Of a stretch of 64,000 bases of DNA, positions 39,305 through 51,655 are shown in pieces. Source of the DNA: Hemiscyllium ocellatum. Its lineage: Eukaryota. A model generated the notes under the pieces. The model worked only from the letters and a program-made list of their open reading frames with translations, ran no database searches and had not been told where the DNA came from. Position numbers and translations under genes: made by a program. The first letter of the stretch is position 1. Every line of letters starts with the position of its first letter. Location of the stretch: positions 60,946,001 to 61,010,000 of the forward strand of contig NC_083417.1 in the NCBI RefSeq assembly GCF_020745735.1, written 5' to 3'.

Positions 39305-39924
39305 TTATTGGCAGAGGAATTGAGTTTATTGGCAGAGGAATTGAGTTCCGGAGTCCTGAGGTCATGTTGCAGTTGTATAAGACTCTGGTGAGGCCTCATC
39401 TGAAGTATTGTGTGCAGTTTTGGTCGCCATACTATAGGAAGGATGTGGAAGCTTTAGAACGAGTGCAGAGGAGGTTTACCAGGATGTTGCCTGGAATGGT
39501 AGGAAAATCTTATGAGGAAAGGCTGAGGCACTTGGGGCTGTTCTCATTGGAGAAGAGAAGGTTTAGGGGAGATCTGATAGAAGTGTATAAGATGATTAGG
39601 GGTTTAGATAGGGTAGATACTAAGAACCTTTTACCGCTAATGGAGTCAGGTGTTACTAGGGGACATAGCTTTAAATTAAGGGGTGGTAGGTATAGGACAG
39701 ATGTTAGGGGTAGATTCTTCACACAGCGGGTTGTGAGTTCATGGAATGCCCTGCCCGTATCAGTGGTGAACTCTCCTTCTTTATGGTCATTTAAGCGGGC
39801 ATTGGATAGGCATTTGGAAGTTATTGGGCTAGTATAGGTTAGGTAGGATTCGGTCGGCGCAACATCGAGGGCCGAAGGGCCTGTACTGCGCTGTATCCTT
39901 CTATGTTCTATGTTCTATGTTCTA
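39305..39924 (+). mobile_element. Young 5'-truncated CR1 LINE
   Basis: Uninterrupted 157-aa ORF2 C-terminus (39364-39837), 3' UTR and (tatgttc)n tail. Confidence 0.95.
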
Positions 39925-39942
39925 AGGCATCTCCGCATTTAC

Positions 39943-41385
39943 AGTCATAGAGATGTACAGCACAGAAAGAGACCCTTCAGTCCAACCTATCCATGCCGAC
40001 CAGATATCCCAAACTAATCTAGTCTCATTTGCCAGCACTTGGCCCATATCACTCTAAACCATTCCCTTTCATACACTCACCCGTCAGCCTCCGACGGTCC
40101 AGGGAAAACAACCCCAGCCTATTCAACCTCTCCCTATAGCTCAAATCCTCCAATCCTGGCAACATCCTTGTAAGTCTTTTCTGAACCCTTTCAAGTTTCA
40201 CAACATCCTTCTGATAGATTGCACGCAATATTCCAAAAGTGGCCTAACCAATGTCCTGTACAGTCACAACATGACCTCCCAACTCTTATATTCAATGCTC
40301 TGAGCAATAAAGAAAAGCATACCAAATGCCTCCTTCACTATCCTATCTACCTGTGACTCTACTTTCAAGGAACTATGCATTTGCATTCCAAGATCTCTTT
40401 GTTCAGCAGGACCTCACCATTAGGAGTATAAGTCCGGCTAAAATTTGCTTTCCCAAAATGTTGTATCTCGCATTTATCTAAATTAAACTCCATCTGCCAC
40501 TCCTCAGCCCATTGGCCCATCTGATCACGATCCCTTTGTAATCTGAGATAATCTTCTTCACTGTCTACTACATCTCCAATTTTGGTGTCATCTGCAAACT
40601 TACTAACTACATCGCTTATGCTTACATCCAAATCATTTATGTAAATTACAAAAAGTAGAGGACCCTTGTGGCACTTCACTGGTCACAGGCCTCCTGTCTG
40701 AAAAACAACCCTCCACCACCACCCTATGTCTTCCACCTTCAAGCCAGTTCTGTCTCCAAATGGTTAGTTCTCCCTGTATTCCGTTAGATCTACTCTGGCT
40801 AACCAGTGTGCCATGGGGAACATTGTCGAATGCCTTACTGAAGTGCATATAGATCACATCCACCACTCTGCCATCATCAATCCTCTTTGTTATTTCTTCA
40901 AAAAACTCAATCAAGTTTGTGTGACATGATTTCCCACACACAAAGCCATGTTGACTATCCCTAATCAGTCCTTGCCTTTCCAAATACATGTAAATCCTGT
41001 CCCTCAGGATTCCCTCCAACAACTTGCCCACCACCGATGTCAGGCTCACTGATCTATAGTTCCTTGGCTTATCCTTACCACCTTTCTTAAATAGTTGTAG
41101 CACATTAGCCAACCTCCACTCTTCCAGCACCTCACCTGTGACTATCGATGATACAAATATCTCAGCAAAGGGCCCAGCAATCACTTTTCTTGCTTCCCAC
41201 AGAGTTCTAGACTACACCTGATCAGATCCTGAGGGTTTATCCACCTTTATGCATTTCAAGACACCTAACACTTCCTCCTCTGTAATATGGACATTTTTCA
41301 AGATGGTCACCATCTATTTCCCTATTCCATGTCTTTCTCCACAGTAAACACTGATGCAAAATGCTTGTTTAGTATCTCCCCCATC
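39943..41385 (-). mobile_element. HER1-like CR1 LINE (RT + 3' tail, internal deletions)
   Basis: ORFs 40633-41184 and 40365-40679: NYRSVSLTSVVGK, QHGF..GKSC.TNL, FADDTK. Confidence 0.95.
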
Positions 41386-41934
41386 TTTCTTACCAAATTC
41401 ACCACATTAATTACCTACCCCACCCAAGGCATTCTTCTGAGTCCAGCTCCATCTTACCATGACCTTCCCAGAACAATAGGTCACCCAGCAGATATCCACC
41501 AAAACACTAGCATACCTTGCAGCTGCGCCATCTTTGAAAGGCAGCTGTGCACACAGAAAAGCATTGGCAATCTGCCCTCACTAGCAACATCATGGTAGTC
41601 CCAAAACCATGCTGCCCACAGCACATAACTGGCATGACTGACACTCTCTCACACATGCAACACTATTCTCCTATCCTAGTCACTGTTTAACCACCATACC
41701 ACACATCCCATTTGCACACCCCTTCTGACTCAGCGCTCCCCTGACCCAGTGCTCACTTTGACCCACAGCCTGTCATTGAACATCATATGCATGGAAGTAA
41801 TAGGCTGAATCCAAACATAAGCTTTTATTTACAGAAAGCAAAAGGAGACACAAACAAAACCAACAGAGGCTGAAGTTTTCCCTGACAATGCAGACCAGAC
41901 GTTGGCATCATAAGGATGATCTGAGAGGAGCTGA

Positions 41935-42800
41935 CTAAATGAACAAAGATGTCATGGTAAAATTATAGAGGGCTTTGATGACACCACACCTGGAATACTG
42001 TTTGCAGTTTTGGTCTCCTGAGCTGAGGAAGGTTGTTCTTGTAAAGAAGGAAGTGCAGCAAAGGTTTACCAGACTAATTCCTGGGATGGCAGGATTGGCT
42101 TATGAGGCAAGGTTGAATTGGTTACGGTTAAATTCGTTGGAGTTCGGAAAACTGAAGGAGATTCTCATAGAAAACTGTAAAATTCTAACAGGACCAGACA
42201 GGGGATATGCAGGAAGGATGTTCCTGTTACAAGGGAGTCCAGAACCAGGGCTATAATCTAAGGATATGGGATAAACCAACTGCCTTTCATTGACTACTGT
42301 ACAAGCACGCCTAGATCCCTTTGTACATCCACATTACCCAATATCCACAATTAAAGTAATATTCTGCCTTTCTATTTTCCACCTCACGTTTATCCACATT
42401 ATACTGCATGTGCCATGTGTTTCCCAACATTCTTAACCTATCTAGATCCCTCTGGTGTCTCCTTTCATCCTCCTCACAGTACTCGATCCCACCTAGTTTT
42501 GTGGCATCAGCAAACCAAAAAATATGTATAGCTGGGAGCCCAAGCCCTGATCCCTGTTGTACATCATTAATCACTGCCTGCCACTTGGGAAAAGGCCCAT
42601 CTATTCCAACTCTCTGTATCCAGTCTGTATGCCACTAGTTTCATCTCCAAAAACTCCAGATTAGTACGGCATGATTTCCCTTTCATAAACCCGTACTGAT
42701 TTTGTCCAATCCCGTTAATGCTTTCCAAATGTTCTGTTACCATATCTTTTATTAGAGATCTAATATTTTCCCAATGACTGATGTTAGGTACTATTAATGT
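41935..42800. mobile_element. CR1 RT pieces in tail-to-tail arrangement (+ 41935-42280; - 42285-42800)
   Basis: ORF 41975-42256(+) PHLEYCLQFWSP; ORF 42311-42574(-) FADATKLGG. Confidence 0.85.
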
Positions 42801-43386
42801 TTATTCTGTGTCTTTGCAAAACTCTCATATTGCAAATCTTTTCCCATTATCACTCCAGGAATTTTCCCTCTCATACTGGCTTAAAAAAAACCATGGCTCC
42901 AGGAATACTGACAAGTTAACCACAAATCCCCTCATACACACAGACCAAAACCCACATGCACTGCTTCAAAATCCAAACTCTAAAATAAATCTAAATATGT
43001 GGTATTAAAATATATGTAAGTCACATATCTTAGAGTACAGATGTTATCAGCGGTGTCTCATCCATTGTTGACCTTGAGGAGAGAAATTAAGTTCTGATAA
43101 TAATGTCCACAGCTTCCTATCTGTCCTTACTCTTAGCTACAATACAAACACCAGTGAGAAGGTTTGATCCCCAGGATCAATTCTTTTTCTCATTTTCAAC
43201 AGGCTGTTCTACCACCTTGACCTCTGTGGGCTGGCCTGCTGTGACTCATCCAATCTCCATCACTTCCTCCTCTACGTGCATGATTAGTGCAGTGAGGGGC
43301 ACACTATCTCACCTCCATCTCAATCCCTCACATTATGAGCTCAATTCCTATAAGTACAATGTCACTTGCCCAGAGTGTACAACTTT

Positions 43387-43568
43387 AAGATTAGATTAGA
43401 TTAGATTCCCTACAGTGTGGAAACAGGCCCTTCAGCCCAACAAGTCCACACCGATCCACCGAAGAGCCACCCAAACCCATTCCTCTACACTTACCCCTGA
43501 CTAATCCACCTAACACTATGGGCAACTTAGCATGGCCAATTCACCTGATATGCACATCTTTGGACTGC
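43387..43568 (-). mobile_element. HE1-like V-SINE 3' half
   Basis: (agatt)n tail and reverse V-domain end. Confidence 0.85.
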
Positions 43569-43589
43569 AATTTCTATACACATGAGGTC

Positions 43590-44155
43590 TTGCAGAACCC
43601 TATGCCAGTGTCCTAAATCCTAAAGGCCAAATTCCATTCACCCATCATGCTCATCACTGGGTGAAGAAATTTCTCTTCACCTTAGTCCTAAAACTACTCC
43701 TTACCCTTAAACTATGTTTGCTGGATATTGGATGCGATCCCCCCCACCCCCACCCTGCCCATCAGAAACATCCTTCCTGCTCTAACTTGTTTGCTCTCAT
43801 TACAATTTTATAGATTTCTATGAGATCCTCCCCTCATTCTTCTAAACTCCAGTGAACATAATCCTAACTAACTCAATCTCTCCTCTTACATTGGTCCTAC
43901 CATCCCAGGAATCAATTTGGTAAACTTTTGCTGCATTCCCTTTATAGCGAGGACATCCTTTCCCAGATAAGGAAACCAAAATAAAGACAATACTGAAGGT
44001 ATGGCCTCACCAATGCTCTGTATAATTATAACAAGACATCCTTGTTCTTCTACTCAAATTCTCTCAGTATGAAGGCCTACATACAGTTTGACTTCTTTAC
44101 TGTCTGCTGCATCTGCATGCTTATTTTGAGCAACTGCTTCATGACCCAGGTCTTG
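43590..44155 (-). mobile_element. CR1 LINE 3' fragment
   Basis: Reverse-strand tttaccaaattgattcctgggatgg (FT.LIPGM) and ctggagtttagaagaatgagggg (LEFRRMRG). Confidence 0.8.
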
Positions 44156-44334
44156 TTAGCACTTGTTAATGTACACTCAGCTCTCAATACCTCAATGTTA
44201 AAATTATTAAAGCCTCGAAAGCTCAGTGTTAAAATTCTTACCCTTGTTTTTGCATTTCTCCATTGCATCATTCTATCTCTGTAATAATCTCGACCCCTGC
44301 AGCTCTCCAAGTGATCTGTGCTACTCTAATTCCA

Positions 44335-44800
44335 GGAGAAATCGGGGACTGCAGATACTGGAGATCAGAGTCGAAAAGTGTGGTGCTGGAAAAGCACAGC
44401 AGGTCAGGCAGCATCCATGGGGCAGGAGAATCGACGTTTCGGTTGTAAGCCCTTCATCAGGAATGTGGGGGGGTTGGGAAAGGTGACTGAGCAATATAAA
44501 GGAGGGGGGGAGGGATAGGAGAAAGGTGGATGGAAAGGCAATAGGTAGATGTTGGTGGGGAGTGATGGTGATACATCAGGGAGGAGGGTGGAGCAGATAG
44601 GCAGGAAGGAAGATGGACAGATGGGTAAGTACAAGAGGGCAGTGCCAAGTTGGAGAGCTGGATCTGGGATGTGGGGGAGGGGAGATGAGGAAACTGGCAA
44701 AATCAATGTTGATGCTGTGTGGTTGGCAGGTCCCAAGGTGGGAGATGAGGCATTCTTCCTCCAGGTGTTGGGTGGCTTGGATTTGGCAGTGGAGTTTGGG
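44335..44800 (-). mobile_element. PLE 3' end: GIY-YIG C-terminus + pLTR with hammerhead (44429-44464)
   Basis: Minus strand ATQHLEEECLISHLGTCQPHSINIDF; attcctgatgaagggcttacaaccgaaacgtcgatt. Confidence 0.85.
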
Positions 44801-45107
44801 TGGATTCTAGTCTCTTGAACATATCTGATTTGATCAGTCCATGGCCAGCAGTCAGACTTCATGCTGCTGAAATTTGCTCCCTGGATCTCTCCCCCTTTCT
44901 TTTGTCCTTTATGAAAACTCCTTAACACCTACATATAAAAACAGAAAATAGTACTCAGAAAGTCACGCAGTAAGTGTGACAAGAAGGAGCAATAAATTTT
45001 CTTATCGATCAGACTAAGTTCAACCTGAAACTTTAGTCCTATTTAATCTTGTCTGTCTTGATGTTATATTTTATAACATTCCTATGCAGTTTAAGATAAT
45101 TTAGCAC

Positions 45108-45450
45108 ATAGAATCCCTGCAGTGTGGAAACAGGCCATTTAGCCCACTGAAACTACACCAACCCTCTAAAGAGCATCCCAACCAAACCCAGACCCCATTC
45201 TATAGCTGTAACCCTGCATTTCCCATCGCCAATCCACCTAGCCTGCATATCCCCGGGCTCTATGGGCAATTTAGCATGGCCAATCCACCTAACTTGCACA
45301 TCTTTGGACTACAAAAGGAAACTGAAGCACCCAGAGGAAATCATGCAGAATGTGCAGACTCCACACAGACAGTCGCCCAAGGCTGGAATCAAATCCAGTT
45401 TCTTGGTGCATGAAGCAGCAGTGCTTGCCATTGAGCCATCGCGCTGCCCA
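45108..45450 (-). mobile_element. HE1-like V-SINE
   Basis: Reverse head, V-domain and tail. Confidence 0.85.
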
Positions 45451-45683
45451 CAAATGGACAAAAATTGTTGGTGTTACTGATTAGCAGTAACTGGTTTATC
45501 CCAAACCATTCCCAATTGAATAATGTTGTTGCTGATGCCTTGGGATGCCTTAAGAGCCTTGTAAGTTCTCTATTAAAACAGTATTGGTCATTTTTATAAG
45601 TGATCTGAGGACTTATGCTTATCAGTGTATTAATACTGCCCATAATCTAACCTCATAAAAATGTATTCCAGGGGGTGTATCTT

Positions 45684-45701
45684 TAGTGCCCTCTTGTGAT
45701 T
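45684..45701 (-). promoter_or_regulatory. Possible CTCF-binding site
   Basis: Minus strand aatcacaagagggcacta resembles the CTCF core CCAC[C/T]AG[A/G][G/T]GGC[A/G]CTA; motif only. Confidence 0.3.
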
Positions 45702-46228
45702 TGGATTGCATATTTATGAATCTCCCACATTAGCCTTTCCATTCTTTTCTTAATGAGTCTGAGAAATGTTTGCTAAAATGAGGCCCGAATTGAATCATAA
45801 ATTTGCATTAGTTTGCTGGCAGAAAATGAATAGAAAAAGTGAGAGTCAGCAGGAATTGAATTTGGTTTAATTGGATTTTTCTCCCCCAAAACACAGAAAA
45901 ACTAATAAAGTATATGCCCTGTCCCTAGTCGTGAGCAGACTAACTTGTTTTTGATGTCATCTTGCCTCTTAGGCAACTTCAAACTGCGAACATTGACTTC
46001 CTGCCTATTTATTTCCAATTTATTTCCATCTCATTGTCGCTTATTTAAAACTTTGCTGCGTCTATTGTAGATTTGTTTTGACTTCCTGTTAATTCTCTCC
46101 CAGAAAGCAGAGGGCTGGTGTCTTTTCAAATTCTCTGGCAATAATGCAGGAAACTGGACTGGAAAGAAACGTCATTTGTTGTTGGACACCAAAGACAGAG
46201 CCTCTACTCTTGACATAGGCTAGATCCA

Positions 46229-46436
46229 AATATGTTGCTGGAAAAGCGCAGCAGGTCAGGCAGCATCCAAGGAACAGGAGATTCAACATTTCGGGCATAA
46301 GCCCTTCTTCAGGAATTCGGGCTTTTACCCGAAACATCGATTCTCCTGTTCCTTGGATGCTGCCTGACCTGCTGCGCTTTTCCAGCAACACATTTTCAGC
46401 TCTGATCTCCAGCATCTGCAGACCTCACTTTCTCCT
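46229..46436 (+). mobile_element. Palindromic mini-PLE insertion
   Basis: 15-bp perfect TSD cataggctagatcca (46214-46228 / 46437-46451); head-to-head inverted arms. Confidence 0.92.
46281..46316 (-). ncRNA. Minimal type I hammerhead ribozyme motif (GUU site)
   Basis: attc-ctgaaga-a-gggc-ttat-gccc-gaaat-gtt-gaat: helices I and II pair; helix III loop altered by CpG decay. Confidence 0.65.
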
Positions 46437-46515
46437 CATAGGCTAGATCCAGCCTAGGATAGACAGACCCATCCATGAGTCTGCTTTTTTTTTATTAATC
46501 TTTTTCCAATCAGGA

Positions 46516-48720
46516 AAGACACAGTGAGGTCTGCAGATGCTGGAGATCAGAGTTGAGAGTGCGTTGCTGGAAAAGCACAGCAGTCAGGCGGCATCCGAGG
46601 AAAATCGACATTTCAGGCCAGAGCACTTCATCAGGAATGAGGCTGGGAGCCTCGGGGGTGGAGAGATAAATGGGTGGATGGGTTGGGGGGGAGGGGGGGA
46701 GTGGCGCTGGGGGGAAGGCAGATGAGAGTTCAATAGGTGGATGGAGGTGGGGGTGATGGTGATAGGTCGGAGAGGAGGGTGGAGCAGATTGGTGGGAAGG
46801 AAGATTGACAGGTAGGACAGGTCAGGAAGGTGGTACTGAGCTGGAAGGTTGGAGCTGGAGTAAGATGGGGGGAAGAAAAATGAGGAAACTGGTGAAGTTC
46901 ACATTGATGCCCTGGGGTTGTAGGGTCCTGAGGCGGAAGATAAGGTATTCTTCCTCCATGCGTCGAGTGCTGAGGGAGAGGCGATGCAGGAGGCCCAGGA
47001 CCTACATGTCCTTGGCAGAGTAGGAGGGGGAGTTGAAATGTTTGGCCATGGGGTAGTGGGGTTGATTGGTGGGAGTGTTCTGGAGATGTTCTCTAAAATT
47101 CTCTGGAACAAGGCGCCCAGTCTCCCCAAAGTAGTGGAGTCCATATCAAGTGCAATGGATACAATAAATGACATGTGTGGAAGTGTAGATGAAACTTTGA
47201 TGGATGTGGAAGGCTCCTTTGGGACCTTGGACGGAGATATGGGGGGAGGTGTGGCTTGTTAGGGGATGTAGACCTGTCCAGGTAGTCGCAGAGTGAACAG
47301 TCTTTGCGGAAAGCGGATTGAGGTGGGGAGGGAAATATATCCCTGATGGTGGGGTCCATTTGTAGGTGGCAGAAATATTGGCGGATGATGCGATTTATGC
47401 AGAGGTTGGTGGGGTGGAAGGTGAGGACAGGGGCGTTCTGTCCTTGTTGCGGTTGGGGATAGTTCAAAGGTGGAGGTGTGGGACATGGATGAGATGTGTT
47501 GGAGGGCAAATTAAACCACATGGGAGGGGAAACTTTGGTCTTTAAAGAAGGAGGCCATCTGGTGTGTTCTGTGGTGGAACTAGTTATCCTGAGAGCAGAT
47601 GCAGCGGAGGTGGAAAAATTGGGAATACAGGATGGCATTTTTGCAGGAGGTAGGGTGGAAGGAGGTGTAATCCAGGTAGATGTGGGAGTCGGTGGGTTTG
47701 TAAAAAATGTCAGTGTTGAGTCAGTCCTCATGGATGGAGATGGAGAGGTCTAGGAAGGGGAGAGAGGTGTCAGAGATGGTCCAGGTGAATTTAAGGTCAG
47801 GGTGGAATGTGTTGGTGAAGTTGATGAATTGCTCAACCTCCTCGTGGGAGCACGAGGTGGCGCCAATGCAGTCATTAATGTAGCGGAGGAAAAGGTGGGG
47901 AGTGGTGCCGGTGTAACTATGGAAGACGGACTGCTCTACGTAGCTGACAAAGAGACAGGAATAGCTGGGGCCCTTGCGGGTACCCATGGCTACCCCTTTC
48001 ATCTGGAGGAAGTGGGAAAATTGGAAGGAGAAATTGTTGAGGGTGAGGACCAGTTCAGCCAAACGAATAAGAGTATCAGTGGAAGGGTACTGGTGGGGAT
48101 GTCGGGAGAGGAAGAAACAGAGGACTTGGAGACCCTGGTCATGGCGGATAGAGGTGTAGAGAGATTGGATGTCCATGATGAAGATTAAGCATTGGGGGTC
48201 AGGGAGACTGAAGTCTTGGAGGAGGTGGAAGGCGTGGGTGGTGTCCCGAATGTATGTGGGGAGTTCCTGGACTGGGGGGGAATTTGGACAGTATCGAGGT
48301 AGGTGGAGATGAGTTTGGTGGAGCAGGAGCAGTTTGAGATGATAGGTCAGCCGGTGTAGTCAGGCTTGCGGATCTTGGGTAGGCGGTAGAATTGGGTGTC
48401 GACCTATGAGTTTGGAAGCTCTGGGTGGGAGAACCCCTGAGGTGATGAGGTTGTGAAAGGTCTGGGAGATGATGGTTTGGTGATGGGGTGTGAGGTCATG
48501 GTCAACCACCTCAACCTGTCCAACCCTCCTCACCCACTCCAACCTCTCAACCTCCCAACACGCAGCCCTCCACTCCCCCACTCCAACCATAACCTCACCA
48601 TCAAACCAGTAGACAAAGGGGGTGCAGTGAGAGTTTGGCGCACTGACCTCTATACCGCTGAAGCCAGGCACCAATTCGAAGACACCTCCTCCTACCGCCC
48701 CCTTGACCACGACCTCACTC
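46516..48720 (-). mobile_element. Penelope-like element (RT + GIY-YIG + pLTR), decayed, with inverted 5' segment 48505-48720
   Basis: MDIQSLYTSI, QMKGVAMGT..GPSY, FLRYINDC, LPFLDL (47721-48176); endonuclease region 46900-47250; + strand LTIKPVDKGGAV DKG motif. Confidence 0.92.
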
Positions 48721-49189
48721 TGTTCCCACCATCAATTGCCTGAATCTTTCATTTGTGTTTCTTAGAGACTACATTCAAGACTAATAGAGCCAGTAGAGAA
48801 ATGAGTCGTTCATCTCTTTACTCTTGGCTGCATAGCAGCATGGATCCAAATGCTGAAAGAACTATGTGCTAACAGACTTATTGTATTTACTCTGAGTCAA
48901 GGATAGAAAATTGGCCAAAGACTATTTCTGAATATCCAGAGGAAGACAGTGCAAGCAACAAAAGAGTGGACAATGTGAGATATTCCAATTAAGTATATTA
49001 AAGTAACTAATTTTGAAAATACCTAGAGGGGTTCAATGCAAAATCCAAGCCAAGAATATGTTTTATGTTAAAGATAACAAAATCAAGCTCTGAAATGCAT
49101 TTGCTTCAATAAAACAAGTTTGTAACTATTTTATTCAATACATCTTCCATCTGTTCTGTAAATTATTGCCTAAATTCTACATTACTAAT

Positions 49190-51330
49190 TGGATTTGAAT
49201 TGAATGGAATTTATTGTCACGTGTACTGAGTCACAGTGAAAGCTTTGCCTTGCGAGCAATACAGGCAGGTCACAGAGTTAAGTAGCATAGATAATAAGTA
49301 ATAGGTAAACAGCAGCAAAAACAAAAACACAGGTACAGGTGAATGTTAAGAGTTTGTGAGTCCTGTCAGTATTCTAACAAAATAGGGTAGAAACTATTAC
49401 GAAACCTGCTGGTGCGTGTATTCAGGCTTCTGTACCTTCTCCCTGATAGAGGTTGTAGAAGAACATTGCCAGGATGGGATGGATCTTAAAGAATGCTGGC
49501 GGTCTTTCCTTGACAGCGGGTCTGATAGATGGATTCTATAGAAGGGAGGTTGGCCTTTGAGATTGTCTGGGCCGGGTTACCACTCTAACCATCTCCGATC
49601 TTGAATGGTACAGTTGCCATACCAGGTAGTGATAAATTCAGACAGAATGCTCTCGATGGCACACCTATAAAAATTGGCAAGGATATTCGCCGTCATGGTA
49701 AATTTCCTCGGCTGCCTGAGGAAAAAGAGACGTTGTTGGGCCTTTGTAACCACTGCGTTCGTATGAAGAGTCTAAGAAAGCTTGTTGTGGATGACCACTC
49801 CCAGGAGCTTGACACTCTCCACTTGTTCCACCTCTGTGTTGTTTAAGTGTAGGGAGGCATGAGTAACATCCCACCATAAGTCAACAATGAGTTTCTTGTT
49901 TTGCCGGCATTGAGAGCTAGGTTGTTCTCAATGCACCATTTTTCCAGATCTTCTACCTCCCGTCTGTAGTCTGTTTTGTCGCCATCTGAGATTCGATGGT
50001 GTCATCAGCAAACTGTAAATGGCATTAGTTTGGTATTTGGCAATACAGTCATGGTTATACAGTGACTACAGTAGGGGGCTGAGTACGGACCCCTGTGGGG
50101 CTCCAGTGTTGAGTGTTATTGACAATGGATATTGTCCACAATCTTCACTGATTGTGGCCTGTAGGTCAGGAAACTGAGGATCCAGTTGCAGAGAGTGGGG
50201 CTTAGTCCGAGATCACTAAGTTTAGTAATCAGTCTCAAGGGGATAATAGTGTTGAAGACTGAACTGTAGTCAATGAGTAGGATTCTAGGGAGGAGCGAAG
50301 AACAAGTGAAATGGCATCTAATTGGTCCAATAGGCAAATTGGAGTGTGTCAAGAGTAGTGGGGAGGCTGGAGTTGATTAATGCCATGACCAGCCTTTCAA
50401 AGCACTTCATGGCCACTGAAGTTAGGGTCACTGGATGGTAGTCATTAAGACATGCTGTATGAGCCTTCTTAGGCACAGGGATGATGTTGGCCCTCTTGAA
50501 ACAGGCAGGGACAGTGGCCTGCTGCAGGGAGACGTTGAAGCTGTCCGAGAAGATCTCTGCCCATTAATCTGTGCATGCTCTGAATGCATGGCCTGGTACT
50601 CCGTCTGGTTCCATCGCTTTCCTTGGATTCACACAAAAGAAAACTGATCTGACGTCTGATGCAGTGACTGTTGGGATAGGGTCGTCAGGACTTGTCGGAA
50701 TAGGTGTTACCTCTCCGCCGAAATTCTGCTCAAAGTGAACATAGAAGGCTTAGATGATCTGGGAGGGATGTGTCATCATCTGCTGTCTTGCACTGTCGCT
50801 TTGTAGAAACTGAGATGTCATTCAGTCCTTGCCATAGTCGCCGGGTCTCTAGTTTGGATCAGTATTGGTCCTTGGCTGTCTTGATGGTTGTGTGAAGGTC
50901 ATACTTGGATTCCTTATATTTGAGTGGGTCTCCTGATCTGAAGGCCTCACACCTGGTTTTTAGCAGGTTCTGTAAGCCCTGATTCATCCAGGGTTTCCGG
51001 ATTGACTTCCTCAGTATGCAGTGCTCCACACACTTGCTCATAAAATCTGTGATGGTGGTGGTGTACTCATTCAAGGTACCTGCAGACTGTTTGAACAGGT
51101 ACCAACCAGCCGATTCCAGACAGCACCGGAGTTTATCCACTGCCTCCTCCAACCAGCACTGGACCTGTATCTGCGAGGGGTCCTCCTACTTGAGCTTTTG
51201 CCTGGAAGCCGGGAGAAGAAACACAGCATTATGGTCAGAGTTCCCGAAATGAGGTCAGGGGATAGTGCAGTAGGCATCTTTCACAGGGTGTAGCAGTGGT
51301 CTAAAATGTTTGGGCCCCTGGTGGGGCAAA
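49190..51330 (-). mobile_element. Rex1/Babar-like LINE, decayed ORF2 + 3' end
   Basis: [44 protein letters not shown]; KPWMN; PTRGPNILDHCY...GNSDH endonuclease end; short-repeat tail near 49195. Confidence 0.85.
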
Positions 51331-51655
51331 TTCTGGGGTGGTTCTGCTCACGGAAAAATGTGAACCTGAAAAAATGACCAGCTGAGTGTGAACAAGCATT
51401 TTGAATAACTTAAAATGAATCTGTATTTCTTGAGTTCTGTGTGACATTGATAGTTTAACTAGTATCTAATTTGTTCCTTTTCATTTTTAATAGATAATGG
51501 TCATGGAAAGTTTGAAGAATCTGGGAGTAATCCTGCCACAGAATTTGTGTATGTTGAAAAGAAATTGGTACTTTGAAACTTTCATTAAAGAAGCAGTAAA
51601 TATACAATATATTGTGAAACAGGAAGGGAGGGAAAGTGAACTCCATTTGCAACTG

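Noticed and set aside
46229-46436. Palindromic short elements as MITEs or miRNA precursors
   Set aside because: Arms are asymmetric with a fixed unpaired tail, TSDs are long and variable, and the sequence matches the PLE 3' end.
47093-47731. Longest ORFs (212, 188, 184, 183, 174 aa) as host genes
   Set aside because: All lie within PLE, CR1 or Myb/SANT TIR elements, some in shifted frames.
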